Part shown: positions 9,699-16,804 of the stretch, piece after piece
Layout: every line of letters begins with the position of its first letter
Numbering within the stretch: the stretch's first letter is position 1
Source of the DNA: Patescibacteria group bacterium
GTDB lineage: Bacteria > Patescibacteriota > Patescibacteriia > JACRDY01
Length of the DNA stretch: 64,000 bases
Assembly (NCBI GenBank): GCA_041650515.1
Contig: JBAZLA010000002.1
Span: forward strand, 103,659-167,658
Reading direction: 5' to 3'
Notes under the pieces: model-generated
What the model was told of the DNA's origin: nothing
Seen by the model: only the letters and a program-made list of their open reading frames with translations
The model's database searches: none
Translations under genes and position numbers: made by a program

Positions 9699-10994
9699 AT
9701 GTTGAATAAATATTTAAAAATTGCGTTACTAACTATACTCTTTTGTTTAGCTCTAAGTCTCCAACCGGTTTTCGCCGGCGAGAGTTGCTGTGTTTGCAAC
9801 CCACTTAAAAATAAAGACAACCAAACTGCTAGTGGCGCGCCAACCGAGGGTAAATGCGACCAATATATTATTTATAGCACTCCAACTTGCCATGGCCAAT
9901 ATTGTCCACCTCAAGGACAACCAACTAATGAATGCCGAATTTTGGAATCTAGCTGCGCTAATGTTAGTAAAGCCATTTTAGAAAAAATCAACGGCCAAAA
10001 TAGCAAACAACCACTGCCTATTGAGGCACCCAATCTCCAAATCGCTATCCCCGGGCTAACTCTTACCCAACCAATCAGTGCTAAGGAAATGCCTAATACC
10101 GGTCGTTTATTCTATTCTATCCCCTGGATTGGCGAGTATATTGGGGCGATTTACCGCTTTGGGGTTAGCGCCGCCAGTATTTTAGCTATAGTGATGATTA
10201 TTATTGGCGGCTTTATCTGGCTCACTTCAGCCGGCAACCCGACCAAGATCACCCAAGCTAAGAGCTATATCAGCGGCGCCTTGCTCGGCTTAATGCTCGC
10301 TTTGGGTAGCTACACTATTCTAAGATTAGTTAATCCCTCGCTAGTCAATCTCAGCTCAATCAAAATTTTGATGATCGAATATGAACAAATGGAACAAGGT
10401 GGCCACGAATCGGATTATTTTCAAGTTAACTCTGGCGCCAAAGGTGCAGTTAGCGCCTATGATAGTGCTCCTTGTCCAACTAATGCTGAGGCGACTAACG
10501 GCTTTCAAGCCTTTATCACTGCTTACTATTCTCCGCCGCCCGGCGAAAAAGGTTTTTATAATAGTTTTGAATGTAACGTGGCGATGCAGTGCTCCTGCAC
10601 CCGCGATTCCAGTAAAACTTGCAGTCATAAATACGGCCCAGGTTGTCTGTTTAAAAAACCAGTAGAACAATTGATCCCTAATATCGACTACTGTACCAAA
10701 ACTGCCAGCGGTTCACCACCAACCTCCTGGGTCACTGTCGCCGCTGATGTTAAAAAGGGCACTGGCAAAGGCTGGGCGGATCATAAAGAATGTTGGAGTT
10801 TTGGCGACACTTTTGAAATTTATGACAGCGGCGGTAATAAAGTCGGCAATACGTGGGTGATTGGCGACCAAGGCTCAGCCATCAAAAGCCGCCACTTTGA
10901 TCTTTATGTCGGTACAGATTTATCCAAGGCTAGGAGCCTGGGTGGCGTTTATACAATCAAATTTACCAAGTGTACCAAATGTCCACTGCGTTAA
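9699..10994 (+). CDS. Paralog 4 of the hairpin family with C-terminal 3D-domain (MltA/YuiC-like) cell-wall hydrolase domain
   Basis: ORF track start 9552 overlaps paralog 3. ATG 9699 gives canonical signal peptide MLNKYLKIALLTILFCLALSLQPVFAGE; CCVC Cys-rich N-domain; conserved hairpin block; C-terminus AFITAYYSPP...CTKTASGSPPTSWVTVAADVKKG...WVIGDQGSAIKSRHFDLYVGTD matches TAY...ITASG...AVDP...DTGGAIKG.RIDLF pattern of 3D domains. Confidence 0.75.
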   Translation: MLNKYLKIALLTILFCLALSLQPVFAGESCCVCNPLKNKDNQTASGAPTEGKCDQYIIYSTPTCHGQYCPPQGQPTNECRILESSCANVSKAILEKINGQNSKQPLPIEAPNLQIAIPGLTLTQPISAKEMPNTGRLFYSIPWIGEYIGAIYRFGVSAASILAIVMIIIGGFIWLTSAGNPTKITQAKSYISGALLGLMLALGSYTILRLVNPSLVNLSSIKILMIEYEQMEQGGHESDYFQVNSGAKGAVSAYDSAPCPTNAEATNGFQAFITAYYSPPPGEKGFYNSFECNVAMQCSCTRDSSKTCSHKYGPGCLFKKPVEQLIPNIDYCTKTASGSPPTSWVTVAADVKKGTGKGWADHKECWSFGDTFEIYDSGGNKVGNTWVIGDQGSAIKSRHFDLYVGTDLSKARSLGGVYTIKFTKCTKCPLR

Positions 10995-11588
10995 ATGACT
11001 AACAAAATTCTCCAAACTTCTTTTTATAACCGACCAACACGTCAAGTTGCCCAGGATCTCCTGGGTAAAATTATTATCCGTCAAATCGGCCGCAAAAAAT
11101 ATTACGGCCTTATTACCGAAACTGAAGCTTATTGCGGGCCTCAGGACCAGGCCTCCCACGCTAGCAAAGGCCGCACCCCACGCACCGAGGTAATGTTTGG
11201 CCCAGCCGGCCACACCTATATCTATCTGATTTACGGTCTGTATCATTGTTTCAATATTGTCACCGAAAAAAAAGACTACCCAGCCGCGGTCCTGATCCGT
11301 GGCGCCCTCCCCTTACCAAAGGAATGGTTGGGTGGGGTTACTCTGCCCCTTTCCAAGAGGGAGATGGCCGAAGGCCAGAGGGGGTTAGCTAGTGGCCCAG
11401 GCAAACTCTGCCGTTATTTTAAAATTGATAAAACACTAAATAACCTCGATATTACTAAACCCAATAAACTTTGGCTGGTCGACAGCGGGCTAAAACCCCA
11501 AAGAATCATTCGCCGGCCTCGGGTCGGCGTTGATTACGCTGGTAAATACAAAGACAAAAAATGGCGGTTTATTACCCGATTTTCTTGA
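10995..11588 (+). CDS. mpg: DNA-3-methyladenine glycosylase (Mpg/AAG family)
   Basis: ATG overlaps TAA of upstream gene (taaATG); motifs GLITETEAYCGP, MFGPAGHTYIYLIYG, AVLIRGA, GPGKLC typical of Mpg family. Confidence 0.85.
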   Translation: MTNKILQTSFYNRPTRQVAQDLLGKIIIRQIGRKKYYGLITETEAYCGPQDQASHASKGRTPRTEVMFGPAGHTYIYLIYGLYHCFNIVTEKKDYPAAVLIRGALPLPKEWLGGVTLPLSKREMAEGQRGLASGPGKLCRYFKIDKTLNNLDITKPNKLWLVDSGLKPQRIIRRPRVGVDYAGKYKDKKWRFITRFS

Positions 11589-12168
11589 TACTATTTCTAT
11601 CTTCATCCCAATTTAAAGGATTATTGATAATATATTCGCTGATTTTTTGGTATTCTATTTGATTACGAATAATGTGTTCGTAATAATTTCGTTGCCATAA
11701 TCGTTGATCAAACGGCGACCAATTATTTTGTTTAACGTTTTTAATATATTCGTTGGTGGACATGGTTTTGAACCATTGCACCACCCGGGGTATTAATTGT
11801 TGGGAACGACGTAGGGGCAGACCCGGCGGTATTGGCAGACCTCTGTGTCTGCCCTGTTGGTTCGGGCAGACACAGAGGTCTGCCCCTACGTCGTCGATAA
11901 TTTCCACAATTCCATGAATATGATTTGGCATAACCACAAACACACCCAATCGAATGGTCAAAAATTTGTTCGGTAGTTTAGACCACCATTTTTGTGCCAT
12001 CCGACCCGCCGGATTTAAAATCATTCCCCCGTTTTCCACCCGACCGAATAAATAAACCATATTTTGGCTACAGATGGTAATGAAATATTGCCCCATTCCC
12101 GAATAATCATAATCGGGCAAGCGGATAGAACGACGGTGATGGTAATCGGGGTTATACATAGATAACAA
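11572..12168 (-). mobile_element. REP-associated tyrosine transposase (RAYT / IS200-like Y1 HuH transposase) gene with intragenic REP-like insertion
   Basis: HuH motif MPNHIHGIVEI and catalytic Tyr motif EYIINNP; about 30 extra residues (VGADLCVCPNQQGRHRGLPIPPGLPLRRS) between the two motifs are encoded by a GC-rich compound palindrome. Confidence 0.75.
11806..11894. repeat. GC-rich REP-like compound palindrome (BIME-like) inside the RAYT ORF
   Basis: Outer 18-bp perfect inverted arms acgacgtaggggcagacc / ggtctgcccctacgtcgt; inner units ggcagacctctgtgtctgccc and gggcagacacagaggtctgcccc are reverse complements of each other; GTAG/CTAC tetranucleotides flank the hairpins as in REP sequences. 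Confidence 0.8.
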
Positions 12169-12221
12169 AAGATAAGGCCTATCCTGACTCTATCATGGTG
12201 GACATTAAAGAAATCTAAAAT

Positions 12222-12245
12222 AAAAAAAGGGACGACGATCGTCCC
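12222..12245 (-). terminator. Rho-independent terminator candidate downstream of GC-rich island gene
   Basis: On minus strand GGGACGA-TCG-TCGTCCC (7-bp GC stem) followed by TTTTTTTATTTTAG; additional GC hairpins at 12275-12288 and 12300-12315. Confidence 0.5.
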
Positions 12246-12315
12246 CGACTAAGCTCGGACTAACCCACAAGGGTGGCTGGTCCCAGCCCAGTTAATTGTG
12301 CTGCTTGTAGGCAGC

Positions 12316-12681
12316 TTATTTTTTGGCTTTGGGCTTCTGGCGCGACTTGGGCCGACACCGGCTATTCAGCCAGTCGTCGAACGATCCGACGCTGGCAAAA
12401 TCCGCCTCGTTCGGCTTCTTGCCGTTGACGGCCATCAGATGACGCGCGGCCACCTGCATCACCCCGGTGCCTGACGGATGCCGGAAACGGGCTACCACAC
12501 CCGCTCCCTGCGAGTCGTGACCAAGGCCAATAATCTCCAGACGCTGCCCCAGGGCCGGCGCCAGATGGGCGATAGAGCCAATCGTGGCTCCGCCGCCAGC
12601 GCACGGGCTATTCCGGTTGATCTTGGCCACCACACCAGGATCAACCGATTCGAAAGTCACAGTAATGAATTCTCGACGCAT
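12316..12681 (-). CDS. Small basic protein of unknown function, GC-rich island gene B (paralog of 13047..13448)
   Basis: ORF track gives 12316..12765 but AGGAGG lies 8 nt upstream of ATG at 12681 (MRREFITVTF...); C-terminal basic tail KSRQKPKAKK; region is about 60% GC versus about 40% elsewhere. Confidence 0.55.
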   Translation of the reverse strand: MRREFITVTFESVDPGVVAKINRNSPCAGGGATIGSIAHLAPALGQRLEIIGLGHDSQGAGVVARFRHPSGTGVMQVAARHLMAVNGKKPNEADFASVGSFDDWLNSRCRPKSRQKPKAKK

Positions 12682-13046
12682 AGGGGCCCCTCCTACCAAA
12701 GATTGAGGCAATTGTTTAAAAAGAACCCACACCCCAGCCCGCCTCATTAGGCTAAGGTGATTCACTGATTATTTATTTAATTACCATATTTTCAGTCTTC
12801 AGTCAATAACAATATTCTAAATAAAACAAAATGGGGCAGACGCGTAGTCTTACCCCGGCGCAAGATCGTGGGCAGGCGGGCCTTTGAATCAGCGCAAATT
12901 TCCTCTTTTGGGTTTCCTTCCCCCCTTGTGTGACCGCGCCGCATTGCGGTCGAAGAATTCAACCCCCTTGAGGAAGACGATATCGCTTGGTCAGAAGAGA
13001 ACACAAGGTAGCTCATCTGGCGAAGCGACAAATGCAAAAGGACGTC

Positions 13047-13448
13047 TTACGACCGGCGACGAACTTTGCCGCTGCCGCCGGACTGCTTCTTCTTGCCGCT
13101 GCCGCCGTTGCAGTGGAGCAGAAGAAATTCGCCGAGAAACGTCTCGGCATCCGTCAGATGCTGCTCGGTCGGTTTGATCTTATCGGCGCTCATGACATGC
13201 TGCGCCATGACCTGCAGATCACCCGGATTGAGCCGGCCTTGCAGAGCCTCAGGCAGGGCGAATCGGATGATCGGTCTTCGCAACTTGGGGTGATCAGCGA
13301 TTTCCACCACCGTAAGCTCATGACCGATCAACTGACCGAGTCGTTCGTGGTGACGAGCCTTACTCGGTCGGCCATTCAACACGCATTCACTGTCGCCATT
13401 GAGACAAACAGTGAGCCCCTTCGGAACCTCAACAAACTGAAACTCCAT
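13047..13448 (-). CDS. Small basic protein of unknown function, GC-rich island gene A
   Basis: GAGGT 7 nt upstream of ATG; C-terminal Gly/Lys/Arg tail; segment LQVMAQHVMSADKIKPTEQHLTDAETF aligns with VMQVAARHLMAVNGKKPNEADFASVGSF of gene B; preferred over overlapping plus-strand ORF 12987..13451, which lacks an RBS. Confidence 0.55.
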   Translation of the reverse strand: MEFQFVEVPKGLTVCLNGDSECVLNGRPSKARHHERLGQLIGHELTVVEIADHPKLRRPIIRFALPEALQGRLNPGDLQVMAQHVMSADKIKPTEQHLTDAETFLGEFLLLHCNGGSGKKKQSGGSGKVRRRS

Positions 13449-13569
13449 TAGCGTTACCTCTTCTTTCAGGGCATAGGAGAATGAGCTTTTAGTTGGTCTT
13501 CCGCCTTAGACCTCTGTATAGCCCTAAACGCCAAGGATTCGCCCCGTTGATCCTGACGTAATTATTCGC

Positions 13570-13599
13570 ATTATAAACAAAAAGAATAGTTCTTGTCAA
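13570..13599 (-). promoter_or_regulatory. Perfect consensus sigma70 promoter TTGACA-N18-TATAAT reading into the GC-rich island genes
   Basis: Minus strand: TTGACA (13599..13594), 18-nt spacer, TATAAT (13575..13570), about 115 nt upstream of gene A start. Confidence 0.6.
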
Positions 13600-13613
13600 C
13601 TATCTTCTTAATT

Positions 13614-13715
13614 GTCATTGCGAGGCCCGACGTAAAGTCGGGCCGAAGCAATCTCATGATATATCCACCAGATTGCTTCGTCGCTCCGCCGGCTGGCGGA
13701 GCTCCTCGCAATGAC
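13614..13715. repeat. 102-bp nested compound palindrome (closing stem plus three internal hairpins, all perfect Watson-Crick)
   Basis: Outer gtcattgcgag/ctcgcaatgac (11 bp); hairpin 1 gcccgac-gtaaa-gtcgggc; hairpin 2 cgaagcaatc-17 nt-gattgcttcg; hairpin 3 gctccgcc-ggct-ggcggagc; linkers 0-2 nt. Confidence 0.8.
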
Positions 13716-13757
13716 GTGGTCAATAAATTTGCTTTATTGTTTTCTTGCTTTATTGAC

Positions 13758-15857
13758 CTATTCCCAATGCACTCGCTCGGCCATTTCCCTTACCTTATCT
13801 TTGAGTAAATAATATTTACTTAATTCTGGATCACTGTGGATAACTTTAGCTGCCCACTCACGCGCTTGCTTAATGGCTGCTAAATCAAACAAACTAGCTA
13901 GCCGTAAATTAGGCAAACCACTCTGCATGGTGCCTAGGGTCTCACCTGGCCCGCGAAATTCTAAATCTTTCTCGGCTAGTGCAAAACCATCCTGGCTAGC
14001 CACTAACGCCGCTAGACGCCTAGCGGTTATCTCACTAGCCGATTCGGTAAATAAAAAACAATAGGATTGGTGCTCTGATCGACCCACCCGACCGCGGAAT
14101 TGGTGCAACTGCGCTAAACCAAAACGCTCAGCCCCTTCGATCATCATCACCGTGGCATTAGGCACATCCATGCCCACTTCCACTACGGCCGTGGCGACCA
14201 AAACTTTAATTTTATTAACCAAAAAATCTTGTCGTACTCGCTCTTTCTCCGCCGATTTTAACCGACCATGCAAAATGCCAATCGCATGTTCTGGAAAAAT
14301 TTCTTTGTCTAGTTTAATAAATTCTTCTTCCGCCGACTTAACGCCTAATTTGTCTGACGGATCAATCAATGGACAGATCACAAAAGCCTGTCGACCAGCT
14401 TCAATCTGCTGCCTAATAAATTGATAAGCCGGCCGATACTTATTAGATTCAATAATTTTGGTGATAATTTTTTTACGACCCAGCGGCAATTCATCAATAA
14501 TTGATAAGTCTAAATCGCCATAGATAGTCAAAGCTAACGACCGCGGGATTGGGGTGGCGGTCATTGATAAAAAATGAGGCAATAAACCGCTATTACCCGC
14601 TCGTTCTTTAAGCGCCTGGCGCTGTTTAACACCAAAACGATGTTGTTCGTCAACGATCGCCAGAGCTAAGTTTTTAAATTCAATCTTTTCTTGGATCAAA
14701 GCGTGAGTGCCAATAATAACGTCAATTTTACCGGCTTTAAGCATCTTAATCACCTCTGAGTGCTTTTTATTTTCTGCTTCACCTAGCGAGCCAAAAAACA
14801 ACTTAACGCTACCCCGAGTTAATAAACCAATGTTAATATCCGCTCCGGACAAGAGTTTACTCACAGTTTGAAAATGCTGATTGGCTAGTATCTCGGTTGG
14901 GCAGAGCAAGGCGGCCTGATATTTGTTACTAACAACATTAAGCATCGCTAAAGTAGCCACCACGGTTTTACCCGAGCCAACATCACCTTCGAGCAGCCGA
15001 TTCATTGGCTGATTTTTTTGTAGATCCTTCAGAATCTCCCAAGCCGCTTTACGTTGAGCCGTCGTCAGTTTAAATGGTAAACTAGCGACAAAATTTTTAA
15101 TCACTCCCTCTTTAAATTCTAAGCTACTGGAGTGGCTTTTTTCTAGTTCGCGACGCGCGAGTTGGTTTTGCAGCTGAATAATAAAAAATTCGTCAAACTT
15201 AAGCCGACGCCGCGCCTGCTGCAGCCTGGCTTGGCTATCGGGAAAATGGATCTGCCTGATAGCCGCTATCAGGCCGGGAAATTTTAAAGCTAAAATAATC
15301 TCCGCCGGCAAATAATCCTTAATACTTTTTAATTGGGTCAAAACGATCTTAATCAGATAACGAATTTGTTTAGAAGTTATCCCCTTGGTCAAGGGATAAA
15401 CCGGTACCAGCCGAGCGGTATGCGTCGGCCCACTAGCGGCTTTAACCTTGGTAATCTTTTCATAGCTTGGCGAATGAAATAAAATTCCCTTATCAAAATC
15501 AACCTTACCAGCAATAAAAACCTCATCGTTCGGCTGTAAAATTTTACTCACAAAGGGTTGGCCGAACCAAATAACTTTTACTGAACCAGTAATATCAGTG
15601 ATAATCGCTTCGGTAACTATCCGTCGCGCTCGCCAAGAACGGAAATTTTTAATCAATTCTACTCTGCCACGAACGGTCGCCGTAACCCCCGGCGCCAAAT
15701 CCCGAATATCAACTACCTGACTAAAATCATCATAGCGAAACGGATAATAAAAAATGAGATCGGCTATCGTCTCAATTTCTAATTTTTTTAATTTTGGCGC
15801 TAATCTAGCGGCAATTTTATTAAGATAACTAACCGGCGTTTTTAAATTAATCAACAT
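13758..15857 (-). CDS. recG: ATP-dependent DNA helicase RecG
   Basis: 699 aa; N-terminal wedge/OB region, helicase motif I DVGSGKTVVA, DEQHRFGV (motif II), C-terminal helicase domain motifs; canonical RecG architecture. Confidence 0.9.
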   Translation of the reverse strand: MLINLKTPVSYLNKIAARLAPKLKKLEIETIADLIFYYPFRYDDFSQVVDIRDLAPGVTATVRGRVELIKNFRSWRARRIVTEAIITDITGSVKVIWFGQPFVSKILQPNDEVFIAGKVDFDKGILFHSPSYEKITKVKAASGPTHTARLVPVYPLTKGITSKQIRYLIKIVLTQLKSIKDYLPAEIILALKFPGLIAAIRQIHFPDSQARLQQARRRLKFDEFFIIQLQNQLARRELEKSHSSSLEFKEGVIKNFVASLPFKLTTAQRKAAWEILKDLQKNQPMNRLLEGDVGSGKTVVATLAMLNVVSNKYQAALLCPTEILANQHFQTVSKLLSGADINIGLLTRGSVKLFFGSLGEAENKKHSEVIKMLKAGKIDVIIGTHALIQEKIEFKNLALAIVDEQHRFGVKQRQALKERAGNSGLLPHFLSMTATPIPRSLALTIYGDLDLSIIDELPLGRKKIITKIIESNKYRPAYQFIRQQIEAGRQAFVICPLIDPSDKLGVKSAEEEFIKLDKEIFPEHAIGILHGRLKSAEKERVRQDFLVNKIKVLVATAVVEVGMDVPNATVMMIEGAERFGLAQLHQFRGRVGRSEHQSYCFLFTESASEITARRLAALVASQDGFALAEKDLEFRGPGETLGTMQSGLPNLRLASLFDLAAIKQAREWAAKVIHSDPELSKYYLLKDKVREMAERVHWE

Positions 15858-15865
15858 ATCTTATC

Positions 15866-15937
15866 CGCCCTCAGTAGGAATCGAACCTACATTACGAGAT
15901 CCGCAATCTCGCGTCCTATCCATTGAACGATGGGGGC
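15866..15937 (-). tRNA. tRNA-Arg (anticodon GCG as parsed)
   Basis: Minus-strand sequence GCCCCCATCGTTCAATGGATAGGACGCGAGATTGCGGATCTCGTAATGTAGGTTCGATTCCTACTGAGGGCG folds as cloverleaf: U8, A14, GG18-19, anticodon stem CGAGA/TCTCG, loop TTGCGGA (U33, G37), T-loop TTCGATT; 3' end abuts recG start. Confidence 0.7.
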
Positions 15938-16148
15938 TTAAACGAACTGGAAACTAAATTAGACTTCTGAAAACCAACTCCGATTTTATCCATTGTCACC
16001 CTCCGGGTGATCCGCCTTTGGCGGAAACGATGGGGGCTTAAACGAACTGGAAACTAAATTAGACTTCTGAAAACCAACTCCGATTTTATCCATTGTCACC
16101 CTCCGGGTGATCCGCCTTTGGCGGAAACGATGGGGGCTTAAACGAACT
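15926..16148. repeat. Tandem direct repeat, 100-bp unit x about 2.2, each copy containing the first 12 nt of tRNA-Arg plus 88 nt of its 5' flank
   Basis: Unit aacgatgggggcttaaacgaactggaaactaaattagacttctgaaaaccaactccgattttatccattgtcaccctccgggtgatccgcctttggcgga repeated identically at 15926 and 16026; third partial copy 16126-16148; unit contains hairpins tcaccc-tcc-gggtga and ccgcc-ttt-ggcgg. Confidence 0.85.
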
Positions 16149-16262
16149 AAACAAAATAAAGCAAAAAAATAGTCTCAGCTTCATTAGCTTTCCCGCCTAG
16201 ACTCGCGTCCGGCGAGGCTGGCCCAAGTATAGTAAAAAAGATAAATAAAATCAAGATTAAAG

Positions 16263-16751
16263 CTAAAGCTTAAGCAGTCGACTCATAGCATCAGAAAATG
16301 GCTCATTTTCTTTAGTCAGGTCCTCATTTAGATACTTAAGTAGAATCTGTCTAACCTTAACTGGGTTACGATCCTGAAGCGGAATCTGAACCCGAGGTAA
16401 TAATATACTGCCAAAACTAAAATACAAATTTTTAACAACCGGCGGCTCATAGATCAACCAAAAGTTTTGGATCTCCTTGTAATTATAAAATTTCTCACCA
16501 ACCATAATACCATCTTCAAATATTGAAAATTTAATTTCCTTAGCTTCATTTGAGCTACGTAAAAATAAAATGATAGCCGTAATCAGGACAATCAGCGCAA
16601 ACAAAAAATTAGCCACCAAAACTGAGTATAATAACAGTAAAGCCATAATAATAATAGCGCCAATATACCATCCCCGGCTCCTTTCATATTGCACAAACTC
16701 GGAAAAACTCCAAGTCATTAATTCCTGACCATAATCATTCTCTGTTGCCAT
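16263..16751 (-). CDS. Small membrane protein, unknown function
   Basis: 162-aa ORF with two adjacent TM helices (YIGAIIIMALLLLYSVLVANFLFALIVLITAIILFL); no recognisable motif. Confidence 0.5.
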   Translation of the reverse strand: MATENDYGQELMTWSFSEFVQYERSRGWYIGAIIIMALLLLYSVLVANFLFALIVLITAIILFLRSSNEAKEIKFSIFEDGIMVGEKFYNYKEIQNFWLIYEPPVVKNLYFSFGSILLPRVQIPLQDRNPVKVRQILLKYLNEDLTKENEPFSDAMSRLLKL

Positions 16752-16755
16752 ATAA

Positions 16756-16784
16756 TTGACAGTTATTGTTAAAAATATTATATT
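16756..16784 (+). promoter_or_regulatory. Near-consensus sigma70 promoter for the tRNA-Ser pair
   Basis: TTGACA (16756-16761), 17-nt spacer, TATATT (16779-16784); tRNA-Ser starts at 16805. Confidence 0.6.
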
Positions 16785-16804
16785 AAAGCAGTCTTTTACC
16801 CAAT

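Noticed and set aside
11290-11420. GC-rich stretch inside mpg as another in-frame palindromic insertion
   Set aside because: The encoded residues (AVLIRGALP...GPGKLC) align with conserved Mpg motifs at only slightly longer spacing than in homologs; no clear inverted repeat. Probably native sequence
12300-12325. Plus-strand terminator-like hairpin GCTGC-ttgtag-GCAGC + TTATTTTTT
   Set aside because: There is no plus-strand gene upstream to terminate, and it overlaps the stop codon of the minus-strand gene. Noted only as part of the hairpin cluster
12987-13451. Plus-strand 154-aa ORF in the GC-rich island
   Set aside because: It overlaps the minus-strand ORF, which has a strong RBS and paralogy to the neighbouring gene. 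High GC inflates spurious ORFs on both strands, and there is no RBS or homolog signal for the plus-strand frame
15926-16148. Possible CRISPR array (regular direct repeats near a tRNA)
   Set aside because: Only about 2.2 copies of a 100-bp unit with no unique spacers between copies, and each unit contains tRNA sequence. This is a tandem duplication, not a repeat-spacer array; no cas genes in the window
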